From: Octopus sinensis
Lineage: Eukaryota
Assembly (NCBI RefSeq): GCF_006345805.1
Contig: NC_043007.1
Location: 59,892,001 to 59,956,000, forward strand
Reading direction: 5' to 3'
Length of the DNA: 64,000 bases
Of this stretch, positions 41,679-56,521 are shown in pieces. The number at the start of each line of letters is the position of its first letter. The stretch's first letter is position 1. Under the pieces are notes generated by a model. It had not been told where the DNA came from. It saw only the letters and a program-made list of their open reading frames with translations, and did no database searches. A program made the position numbers and the translations under genes.

Positions 41679-42968
41679 TAGAAAAGGAAGTCGTCATGTT
41701 TCACCCCACTGTTTTCAGAGTCAGTACTTATTTTTAGCATCTTGTTTCATCATTAGGACCATTTAAACAAAAACAAACTTCTAAAATTGTTTTTCAGAAT
41801 GCTTAGGTAAATCACAATCTAGCTGTAAAAGTATGTTAAAATGGTTCATTTTCGATCAGATATCGATAGTGGGGCAATTTATTCCAGTTCTACACGGTGT
41901 TTATCTTTAACAGGAAAATCTTTTTCTCACTTATGTCACATCCATTTTTGTCATGCACATCAATCCAAGTAAATGAGAATTCTAACCACATACATGGTGG
42001 TCCGGCAAACTCATTAGCATTTTTTTAAATTTCAAGGCGAATGTAAATAAACACCATAAGAAGATTTATGCTGCTCTGGAGAAACTCGGAGGAATTAGAA
42101 GTTAATATTTTCAAGTGAAAAAATTTATAAGTGCGATGTCACGTACGTCACACTTTTCGGATCCTCTTCCGAAAATTCGACATACATATTTTGTCCTTTG
42201 TCTTTTACTTGTTTCAGTTATTAGACGGCGGCCTTGTTGGAGCACCGCCTCGAAGAACTTTTAGTCGAAGGAATCGACCCCGGTACTTATATATTTTCCT
42301 TTAAGCCTGGTACTTATTCGATCGGTCTCTTTTGCCGAACTGGTGAATTACGAAAACGTAAACACACCAACACCGGTTATCAAGCGGTGGTGAACAAACA
42401 CAGAAACAAAGACATACACACACATATACATATACACACATATATATTCAATGGGCTTCTTTCAGTTTCCGTCTACCAAATCGACTCACAAAGCTTACAG
42501 CTTAGATCTTTCATAATTGTATCCTTGACTGTCACGTACGTTATGCAAGAATGTTCCATTATATTATTTATAATTATTTTTGGTTGGTTCTATGCAGCTA
42601 AAATCACAGTTTCTGTCTCTAGTTTGATCCCAAAGCTTTTGAGTCATCGTTCACTTTCACATTAGTTTACTTTTCCCTCCATTGTATGTTGCGTGTGTTG
42701 GCCATGGAATGGTTTCCCTTCCATTTTTACTTGCGCTTTTTTTCTGTATATTTTGGAATTCCGATTTATTTAGACGTATTTATTTAGACGTGTTTTTTAT
42801 TGATTTACATCATGTAAAACATCGTTTTCTTCGGCTAAATTAAAATTAAAATTAAAATTAACATTTAGGATTTTTCACACCGAGAGTATAGAATGCATAT
42901 TGACTCTCTCATCTCAGTGTCAGTTGAGATAGTATTAGATCCTGCAAATAGTTATAACTATATATATA

Positions 42969-43047
<79 letters not shown>

Positions 43048-43074
43048 GTAAAGGTAGAAGTATAAATATAAATA

Positions 43075-43578
<504 letters not shown>

Positions 43579-43616
43579 AATCTATCTATCAATCTATCTA
43601 TCTATCTATCTATCTA

Positions 43617-43663
<47 letters not shown>

Positions 43664-43690
43664 TAATATATATATATCTTTATATCTATC

Positions 43691-43744
<54 letters not shown>

Positions 43745-43835
43745 AGAGTTTACGAAAAAACAAAACAAAAGACGAAGACAGGTGGTGTACAAAACAACAG
43801 ATGTATTAATATAACGCTCAGGAATAGAAAAAGTA

Positions 43836-43869
43836 TTTTACGTTTCGAGCCTACGCTCTTCTAGAGAAA
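43836..43869 (-). ncRNA. Minimal hammerhead-like relic
   Basis: TTT-CTCTAGA-A-GAGC-GTAG-GCTC-GAAAC-GT-A-AAA; two core mismatches. Confidence 0.4.
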
Positions 43870-43914
43870 GGGACATAGAAAAAACAAGGAGAGAATATGT
43901 GTGTGTCTGTATAA

Positions 43915-43954
<40 letters not shown>

Positions 43955-44039
43955 GCACACATGCACAAGGAGAAGAGGTTGGGAGAGAAAGAGGATAGAG
44001 AGGCTGAAATTTTTGTCTTCAACATCATTCTTTATTGCA

Positions 44040-44500
44040 TCAATCAGTTTTTGTTTGATGGCTTCTAAACATTTTCCTCGTCCTACTGTTGTTATTTTAT
44101 AGCAGTTTTCTATTTGTGTCAGACCCCTTTATCCTCGATTTCTAAGTAGGTGTATTCTCTCTATTTATACCAACTATAAACAGGCAGTTTCAGAACAGTA
44201 TTTCAATCCTCTTCCCTATCGTCTATAACCGGGATGGTTTCTGTATTTATATCTATTTGTTTCTTATCTAGTTTTTAATATTTTTTGTGACTAATCTGTA
44301 CTACTCTGTTCTAATATTAGTCTTCATTTCTGTGTGATGTATCTTATCAGTTTCATCTATTTCGAAGTATTTGTTTAGGTGGTTCTAGTCTAATTCTCTG
44401 ATTTTGATGTCTGTAGCAAATTTAATGTGCTCACTCTTAGATAATTTCCGCTTCTTATTGTAGATTTGCAATCTTTCTTTAATCGTAAACTCATTTTCGT
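44040..44500 (-). mobile_element. Old R4/Dong-like LINE remnant
   Basis: RIHLLRNRG.RGLTQIENCYKITTVG. Confidence 0.55.
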
Positions 44501-45451
44501 ATCTTGGATGAGTTTATCTTTTATTTGTTTCAGTCATTAGACTACGACCATGCTGGGGCACCACTTTGGGGATTTTTTAAAAATCGAAAGATTAGACCCC
44601 AGTACTTATTCTTTAAAGCCTGGTACTTAGTCTATCGGTCACTTTTGCTGAACCGCTAGATTACGGGGACGTAAACACACCAACATCGGTTGTTAAGCAG
44701 TGGTGGAAGACACAAAGATACACACACACACACACACACACACTCACACACACATGTATAACGATAGCGAATACGGAAACTGTCATACAGCATATTTTAT
44801 GATTACGACGACCTATACGTGTTTCCACTGCACATAGTATGAACAGTTGTATATGCATCCGGGCATAATTTTCTATGCAGCTTCCTTCAGGGTCTTTCAA
44901 CCAGTTTGGCTCGAAGTGGACTCAGAATGTACCAGTCACCATATTCGCTATCGTTATAATTATTGCAAATATACACTCCAGATAATATTACCATCTAGTG
45001 AAGCAAACACGCAATTACCCATCGGAGGAATTTACAGCGTGAGTGACAACTTCTGGTAGTCATAAACGTTACAAGGGACAGTATTTTGCGGTTAGTAGTA
45101 ACCTGGAACATAACTGAGAGCTACCAAGGTATCCACCCGGATAGTATATCTCTCTAAACTCACATTTATATATATATATATATATATAAAATTGAGGGAG
45201 ATAAATTAATATTAATTTTAATATCAATTTAAAACCAGTAGTCCAGCATTCAAAAGATCTGAGGAGTCAGAGAAAATTCAAATATATGTGTATATTGGCA
45301 GGGCTGGCCTGCTAGGTAGCCGGCCAGAATGCTAGAAATAGATCATAAACGATCAAACTACAAGGGAAATTCTCTAGAGGAAGAATTCAGCGAACACCAG
45401 AACCAAATTTGGCGGGCAGGACATATGAAAAATTAAATAAAAAACAGACTT

Positions 45452-45528
45452 AAATGCATACCTCGGTTTCGGTCTTAACAAAGAATTACTTGCATAATTC
45501 AAGTGTCCGTGACTTCTTCAGTACATTC
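45452..45528 (-). ncRNA. Type I hammerhead ribozyme with intact core
   Basis: GAATGTA/TGCATTT stem I, CTGAAGA, AGTC/GACC stem II base with inner GAATTA/TAATTC hairpin, GAAAC-CGAG-GT-A. Confidence 0.75.
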
Positions 45529-45709
45529 GGTCCTCGAGATGCAACCGCAAGACTAACCCCAGCTCTCTGTGTCAAGACAGACACGTGCTTAGTCTTACTG
45601 ATTACATCGGGAATAAAATTTCAAATGTCTTGGTTCCGGCGCGCTAAGAGACTCCTGAAGCGAAGGGCTGCTGTGAATAATTCACTGCGGGTAAATCTAT
45701 ATTATATAT

Positions 45710-45804
<95 letters not shown>

Positions 45805-46486
45805 TATATATATGTATATATATATACACATATATACGACGGGCTTCTTCACAATGCTTTGGTTGGTCTGAGCCTACAGTAGAAGACACTCACTCAAGGT
45901 ACCACGCAGAAGTAAACCCGAAACCATGTGGCTGGGAAGCAAACTTCTTACCACACAGTCACGCCTTCGCCTATATATGGACAGTTTTTGTGTAGATTTC
46001 CCACAAAACACTCTCCCAATTATTATCATTATTACTATAGATGTTGTTGTTGTTACTACTACTACTACTACTACTACTGCTATACTTTGTGGTACACTGC
46101 ATCGGCTCCTGAACGTTTGTTGGATTTTATTGAAAAATAGCTTGTTTCCTGTTGTAAACTTTGTTAAATTTTTAAATAAAGACCATACAACATTAGGGGA
46201 CAACAAAATTATATCTAAAAGGGAACAATTGTGGTAATATTTATTTATTCCCGTCTGTGTTTTTCTCATTGGAATTAAGGCATTTTAACGCTTGCAAACG
46301 AATTCAATGGGAAGGTATCAAGAAAATCTCGTACCATCACCAACTTCATAACAGCATACATACGAGCACAGCTACAACAACTATTACAATAACAACAACT
46401 ATGGCAGCAGCAGTAACAAGAACCATAAACACATTATTTACATTATTTACATTCGACGGATATTTGTCCTCATCTTGTTAATTGTT

Positions 46487-46532
46487 AACACAACGTTTCA
46501 GCTAATATACCCTCCAGCCTTCTTCAGGTGTC
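46487..46532 (-). ncRNA. Minimal type I hammerhead ribozyme, Penelope type
   Basis: GACAC-CTGAAGA-A-GGCTG-loop-TAGCT-GAAAC-GT-T-GTGTT; all three stems pair, with G.U pairs. Confidence 0.8.
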
Positions 46533-46598
46533 TTGGGTAAATTTCGAACATGGGTTCTCATTCCTAATGTATTTTTCGATGTTATTATTATTATTATT

Positions 46599-47150
46599 GA
46601 GTGAGAGAGCAGTGCATGCCATCAAAGTGACACTGGAGTAAAATATACGAAGCCTAGTATACCCATCATGACTACCCATCTGATAAGGGTACACTAGGCA
46701 CATGCATCACAAACATATGTGTGCGACATGGTGATCCCATATCACGATAAACAGCGCATAACCTTGCAGGTGGGGCCCAGTTCGAATTTTTTCTGGTCGA
46801 GTAGCCCATCCCGCTCAAAAGGTCCCTGAATAAGGATTGTTTCAGGATGTTGAATGAACCACCCATGTTTCCAAAGGTGAATTATCGAAACCTCTAAGAA
46901 TTCCTTTCAGCACACGGTCATGATGCTCCCCCACTACTTGTGCTTGTAATCAGAGATGCACATATCATCAGCCACTAAGGGGCATGGTCAACTGGTTAAG
47001 GTCAAACAACTGACAAGCAAATCTGTGGTATTGAGCAGAATATTTGCACTAGCCCATCTTTTATACCAAGACAAAACAATGTACATGATAACACTTCCAA
47101 TCAGTTAAGATGAGCAGCCATGAGAGCCACAGCCTGGTACTGCATCGGGG

Positions 47151-47153
<3 letters not shown>
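46599..47153 (-). mobile_element. Full copy of the 545-bp (AAT)n-associated repeat
   Basis: Reverse complement of 5915-6459, (ATT)n on both sides. Confidence 0.88.
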
Positions 47154-47211
<58 letters not shown>

Positions 47212-47299
47212 GTTAGTGTTCAGCTCACTGCTTGGGATCGAACTCAAAATCTTGGGGTTAGTAGCCAGCGCTCTTAACCACTACGCCATATGCCCGTAG

Positions 47300-47700
47300 G
47301 AACTCACCCTCAACTCAACATATTCATAGAGAAGGACCTGTTATGTCGAGATAGAGGGAGTTCCATCTTGGTTTGACATCTGGTGGCTGTTAGCCTGTAT
47401 CAGTTTGGAATGAAAACAATGAAGAGAGACGGTCAGGGACCACAGTGGAGATCCTTCTCCAAATGAAGCCGGAGGATGTACAAAAGATACCAGACATTAT
47501 CCACCTGCCCAATGGAGTGGAGTTATTTGCTACGGTTGAAGATGTTACTTGAGTTGTACTGAAAGCTGCTTTAAAGTCATTTGTCCTCAACAAAAAGTAA
47601 GAGAGAGGATGCCCCTACAACTGCCGACACCACATTCCCAACAACTACAGCAGCGTGCAACAGTAGCACCAACATCATCATCATCATCAGCAGCAGCAGC
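47300..47700 (+). mobile_element. Probable degenerate L1/Tx1 ORF1 (gag-like) remnant
   Basis: TTVEILLQMKPEDVQKIPDIIHLPNGVELFATVE followed by a decayed C..C....H....CP-like segment. Confidence 0.4.
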
Positions 47701-47715
47701 GAAGGACACGAGAAG

Positions 47716-47749
<34 letters not shown>

Positions 47750-48625
47750 ATATTCGCTTGGTCGGTGGGCTAGCACAATCGTTAGATCGCCAGACAAAAT
47801 GCTCATCGGCATTTCGTCCGTTTTTGCGTTCTGAGTTCAAGTCCAGCCAAAGTCGACTTTGCGTTTCATCATTTTCGTGTCGGTAAAATAATTACAAGTT
47901 TACCCCTGGGGGCGTTTTAATGGACTGAGCTCCTTCCCCAGGACTTGTTGGTCTTGTGCCAAAATTTAAAAGCATTATTATATCTATATATAATTAAAAA
48001 TATATAAATATCTTTTATCTTTCTCCTAGTTACAACTAGAATGAAATTTTCACTGTGCCGTGTTGACATTTACACGTTGCCTCAATGGAATGTTTTATAC
48101 GAACAAAATAAACAAATTGAAATGCATCAGTGCACATGGTAATATATACTAGTAAAAATAAATGCAATCACAGTGAAATGAGCATAAAGAAAATAGGTTG
48201 CAGCAAACAAAAAGAAATGAAAAGAAAGAAAATACGCATATGCAGGCGTGGTTGTGTGGTAAAAAGTTTACTTCCAACCACATAGCTCCAGGATCGGATC
48301 CACTGCGTTGCACCTTGCTCGAGTGTTTTCTACTACAGCTACGAGCCGACCAGAGTCTTGTGAGTGGATTTCGTAGACGGAAGTGTATAAATATTCTGGT
48401 GATAGCTATGTATGCTTGTGTATTCCACCTGCCTTCGTCTTTTGTTTATTTTCATAAAGCTTCCCGTTATATATATATATATATATATATATCAGCCGAA
48501 ATTGCTAAGATGATCTGGTTCTTGACTGATGACTGAGGGCTTCGAATGTCCCGTCCTGTGGTTCTTGTGTCGTCTCTGTGGTGTTTCATGTTCTTGTCCA
48601 TGTCTGTAATTATTTTTACTGTTTA

Positions 48626-48669
<44 letters not shown>

Positions 48670-48893
48670 ACATATATATATATATAACGACGTAAGAAAT
48701 TTGAAAAGCTAAACGCGAAACCGGTCTTTCTTCTAAACTATGTCATTGTAATATTCTTCAGACATATTGACTCAAATATATATTTTTTAACCTTTTAAAA
48801 CAAAAGCCTTCTGTAGTTTTTTCACTTTTTACTATTTTCTATATATTCAACCACGTGCTTTCACAAACCAACTTTCTGATCTCTCTCTCTCTC

Positions 48894-48938
<45 letters not shown>

Positions 48939-49119
48939 TGAGATAGGGGTTGTAAATGCAACCCTCCATGGGATAACATATATCCAATATACTGCTAGTG
49001 AAGTACCCAACAAAGTTAATACATAAATGTTAAGGATTGCGATGCAATCAATTCATTTACTGTATTATATGGGCAAGGTAAATGATTTACCACAAATTAC
49101 TAATACAAGATAAGAAAAT

Positions 49120-49171
<52 letters not shown>

Positions 49172-49337
49172 GTACACACACACACATATACATACACACA
49201 TCTTTAATATTGCTGCTTGTTTTCGCTTATATATATTTACTGTATTATATATATATTTACTGTATTATATGGGCAAAGGTAAAATGATTTACCACAAATT
49301 ACTAATACAAGATAAGAAAATGGATATATATATCTAT

Positions 49338-49392
<55 letters not shown>

Positions 49393-49506
49393 TATATAAT
49401 ATATATATATATATACACATGTACACACACACACACATATACATACACACATCTTTAATATTGCTGCTTGTTTTCGCTTATATATATATGTATGTATGTA
49501 TGTATG

Positions 49507-49601
<95 letters not shown>

Positions 49602-50300
49602 AAATTTCTCGTTCTTTCGATGTCGCTATTATTAATACAGCTGTTGGCATTGTCCAGATTGTTGTCATTGTTATGATGTTATTGTTATTGCTGTTTATTG
49701 TTTTTGTTTCTTTGTTGTTTTGTTATTTTTTTTCTTCATATTTATGCTGCCGTGGCAGCCTCTGTTGTTGTTTTTTGAAGGGAACACATTTCTGAATGTA
49801 ATATGGTGTGTGGAAGTGTTCAACTCTACCAGGAGTAAACAATCGAAGGCTTAAATAAGCGCACATTTGCAATGCAAGCAACTGTGAACTAACTATTCGT
49901 TTTATGTTTTTTTTTTATCTTTCTCCTAGTCACAACTAGAATGAAATTTTCACTGTGCCGTGTTGACATTTACACGTTGCCTCAATGGAATGTTTTATAC
50001 GAACAAAATAAACAAATTGAAATGCATCAGTGCACATGGTAATATATACTAGTAAAAATAAATGCAATCACAGTGAAATGAGCATAAAGAAAATAGGTTG
50101 CAGCAAACAGAAAGAAATGAAAAGAAAGAAAATACGCATATGCAGGCGTGGCTGTGTGGTAAAAAGTTTACTTCCAACCACATAGCTGCAGGATCGGATC
50201 CACTGCGTTGCACCTTGCTCGAGTGTTTTCTACTACAGCTACGAGCCGACCAGAGTCTTGTGAGTGGATTTCGTAGACGGAAACTGAAAGAAACCCGTCG

Positions 50301-50406
<106 letters not shown>

Positions 50407-50461
50407 AGAGATAGATAGATAGATAGATAGATGATAGATAGATAGATAGATAGATAGATAA

Positions 50462-52405
50462 GTTTCTTTATTGGCCACACAGGGCTGCACACAGATGGGA
50501 CAGGTTACAAGGTAGAGCTTTTCTTTTGGGGGATGAAAAAAAAACAAAATACAAAAGAAACAGAAAAAAGGTGGCGTAGGTTTTCGATCAAAAAGGGATC
50601 GTAAAAGGGAAAAAAAGAACAAAAAAAAGGAAAAGGAACAAAAGAAAAGAGAAATGAAAAAAAAGGAAGAAAAAAGGAGGAAAAAAAAGGGGAAGAGGAA
50701 AAAAAACGATCAATAGGGATTGTGTATCACTGTTATGATGTATGGTGTAAAGGGGACAGCAAGTAAGGTTTATCCGTGGGAAGAAAAGCCTACGAAAAAG
50801 ACCACGGTAACCTTGGTTAATATTGTTATATGTTACCACATTTGTTTGCAAGTGGGTAACCCTCTGTTTTCAATTTCTGGGTTCATAGAATTATGCTCAA
50901 GGTGGCTTCGTCATTCATACGTGTCATCCTTGCTACATTCACACATCTTTTTTTAAAACATGAGCTAGACAAAACTTGCCTCTCTACTTTCACTTTCCTT
51001 TTCTAGTGGTACTTGAAGAAATTGATGAGAGATTGACCAGAGAGGAAAGTGTTTGTCTCCAATCCTTTCAGACGCGTCCACCAGACACATTCTTTCGCCA
51101 TAGCCACAAGGATGATGAAAATAGCTCTTCCTTCCCGTTTGAAGGAAGGAGGCGTGACAATATTGACGATAGACTCAGCTGATAAACCGACTCGTCCCAC
51201 ACGTGACAGCAGTTGTTCAACATAAGCCCACAGGTCGGAAATTGTTGGACACTGCACGAGTGCGTGCAGAACGGTTTCGTCGCTCTGGCCGCATCTCGGG
51301 CAGGTCGGCCCTGTGTTTCTCGAGCCGTGTCTGTAGAGCTTATCCCGAACGGGTAGCGCTTCTCGGTAGCACTGCCAGGCCAGGGATCTCTGGAAGTTGT
51401 CCTTGGGCCCTGGCTCGAAAGTCGTCCCGAAAAGGCGGGTCGGGTACTCCTCGTCGACGTCCAGGTTCGCCCCGAGATCGTCGTCGTACCTCCCCTCCAC
51501 TAATCCCCTATAGAATCCTTTAGTTGCGATGAAGTCACTCAAGGTCGACCCAGGACGGCAGAGTTGCTTGAGAGCAACGCGACACTCGCGGTGCCATTCG
51601 CCCTTCCTCGGCCTCTTTTTGATCCACGACTGCAGTTCGGTCATGGAGACGAGCTGCGGGAAAGCGTGCCTCACAAACGGCGACCACACATGTTTACCGT
51701 CGTCTACGAAGAGCCTGAGATGTCGCAGTCTCAGCGCGTGTCTGCGCATCATCAACCACGGCATGCCCAGTCCTCCTTTTAACGGGTGTTGACAGCAAAT
51801 GGATCGCCTGACCATCGGGACGCATCCTTTCCACAAGAAGCGAAAGAGAATGCGTTCTAGTTTGATGATGGTAGGGTCGGGACAAGGCATGACGGTCAGG
51901 CGGTAGTAGATGACTGACGCGATGTACGTGTTCGCCACCTCCGCCCGACCTTTTAGGGACAGTTTCCTCTCGGCCCATTGCCGGGCGAGAGTGACCACCC
52001 TGCTCGTTATCTCGTTCCAGTTTTTCTCCACTTGGAGATCCGGACCGAACCAGACCCCGAGCAACTCAACCGGGCTGTCGGTCCAGCGTCCCAGACGGAG
52101 GCGCTAGTGGACGGCATGGGCTTGCTTCTCCAGGTGCCTAGTCGCAAGCCCACTGACTTTTCCCGGTTGATTTTCGCTCCTGTCACCGCTTCGTAGTTTT
52201 TCAGTGTTTCGCCGACCTGCTCGATGTGCTCGTGGCTAGACACAATGACGGTGACGTCGTCCGCGTATGCAGACACGCTCGTCCCGCATCCCAGTTCTCG
52301 CGGGATGCCCCTCAAAGTTGCCAGCTTCCGCAATAATGGCTCGAGAGTCAATACGTATAGAAGCGACGAGAGGGGACATCCCTGACGGACCGAACGTGCG
52401 ATGTC

Positions 52406-52409
<4 letters not shown>
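50462..52409 (-). mobile_element. 5'-truncated L1/Tx1-clade LINE (RT C-terminal half, zf-RVT-type CCHC region, 3' UTR), GC-rich
   Basis: RQGCPLSSLLYVLTLEP, SAYADDV, LGVWFG, LSLKGRAEV, CPRCGQSDETVLHALVQC; (GATA)n at both ends. Confidence 0.93.
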
Positions 52410-52500
<91 letters not shown>

Positions 52501-52654
52501 TTCTTTATTAGCCACGCAGGGCTAAACACAGAAGGGACAAAGTAGAGCTTTTCTTTTAGGGAAGAAGAGAAGAGGAAAACAAGAAAAACGAAGAAAAGAG
52601 GAGAGCGAATTCCGATCAAAAGGGATCGTGAAAAAAATTAGATAAATATAGACG

Positions 52655-52685
<31 letters not shown>

Positions 52686-53040
52686 TGTGTCCACCACCAC
52701 CACTTCACAACCGGCGTTGGTGTGTTAATGTCCTTGAAACTTAGACGGCAAAAGAGACTGATAGAATTAGTACTTGGGTCAACACATTCGACAAAAGTTC
52801 TTCAAGGCAGTGTTTCAGTATGGCTGCAGCTAAAGACTTCTATAGGCCAAATATAAAATGTGTGTGTTTGTTTTAATATCAAGTCATATATAAAACACCT
52901 TAACATTAAATACAAGCTTGCTCGCCTTCCTCAATGAACCTGAGGTTATACGGAATGACGTTGAAACCGGACTCGTTTTCTCGAAGCAAACTTTTAAACC
53001 ATTCGGCCATACTGTGCCTACACATACATACATATATACG

Positions 53041-53261
53041 TACGAGGTGGTGCTGATAGGTTCCTGGCTTTAAGGGTGCCGCGAAAGGCCTAGTTGGAGG
53101 CCCAACCTTCAGAGTTCTTTTACAAGGCTTAAAAAAACTGAAGAACTGCCGCAATAAGCGTGTAAATCTGAGAGGGGAATATATTGAATAAAATTATGAT
53201 TAACTGATCATCATGTATTTTCTTTTACATAAAGCTCGGAATTTTTCAGTACCCTCTCGCA
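53041..53261. mobile_element. Mariner-type MITE
   Basis: TACGAGGTGGTGCTGATAGGTTCCTGGCTTTA mirrored imperfectly by TAAAGCTCGGAATTTTTCAGTACCCTCTCGCA; duplicate at 57047-57266. Confidence 0.75.
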
Positions 53262-54388
53262 TACAAACATGTATATGTTTGTGTGCGTGCATGTATGTGC
53301 GAATATCTGTCCCAAATTTGGCGTATACACACTGCGCCCATATTCGTTGTTATTTTTCCTAGGATGCATGTAACACGGCCAAATTCCACAGCTATTTACG
53401 TGATCAACTATTTATATGACTCAGTCGTTGGACGTGGAGGTAGCACGCATTATACTGCGCAGAATATTCAGTGTCAATCCTGAACAAGGCTTTCCCACTA
53501 ATCTATAAACAAACTACATTGGCACGATATAGGTTAGGCTATACCTCTCTAGACCTCTTTATATTCACCTGCAGGTGTGTCTATCTAAATTTAGTAATGT
53601 TTTCTATAAAACTAAATAAATTGAAATCTTAACCACATTTCTTGCCTGCAGGTATATACCTCTTTTTCTGTCCCTCTCTTTCTCTTTCTCTCTCCCTCTC
53701 TTCTCTCTCTTACTCTCCTCTCTCCCCCTCTTTCTCTCTTTCTCTAAACATACACACACAAACACACTCAATTCTGGAATTGCGCAACACGTATTCATTA
53801 TGTATTGTAGAGCTTATTAATGTAATCGAAAATCATGCCTCTGTTGTTGTTTTTTGAAGTGAACACATTTCTGAATGTAATATGGTGTGTGGAAGTGTTC
53901 AACTCTAACAGGAGTAAACAATCGAAGGCTTAAATAAGCGCACATTTGCAATGCAAGCAACTGTGAACTAACTATTCGTTTTTTGTTTTTTGGGGTTTTT
54001 TTTTATCTTTCTCCTAGTCACAACTAGAATGAAATTTTCACTGTGCCGTGTTGACATTTACACGTTGCCTGAATGGAATGTTTTATACAAACAAAATAAA
54101 CAAATTGAAATGCTTCAGTGCACATGGTAATATATACTAGTAAAAAGAAATGCAATCACAGTGAAATGAGCATAAAGAAAATAGGTTGCAGCAAACAAAA
54201 AGAAATGAAAAGAAAGAAAATACGCATATGCAGGCGTGGCTGTGTGGTAAAAAGTTTACTTCCAACCACATAGCTGCAGGATCGGATCCACTGCGTTGCA
54301 CCTTGCTCGAGTGTTTTCTACTACAGCTACGAGCCGACCAGAGTCTTGTGAGTGGATTTCGTAGACGGAAACTGAAAGAAACCCGTCG

Positions 54389-56521
<2,133 letters not shown>

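Larger units (their letters stand above)
46430..47295 (-). mobile_element. tRNA-headed SINE with hammerhead-bearing tail, interrupted by a nested repeat
   Basis: A box TGGCGTAGTGG and B box GAGTTCGATCC at 47225-47295; (AAT)n; tail 46430-46585 on the same strand. Confidence 0.65.

Noticed and set aside
47225-47295. tRNA gene
   Set aside because: Acceptor and anticodon stems pair poorly and it runs into (AAT)n; treated as a SINE head, as are the other A/B-box hits
48520-48560. CTGATGA followed by CTTCGAATGTC
   Set aside because: GAAT instead of GAAA and no stem II
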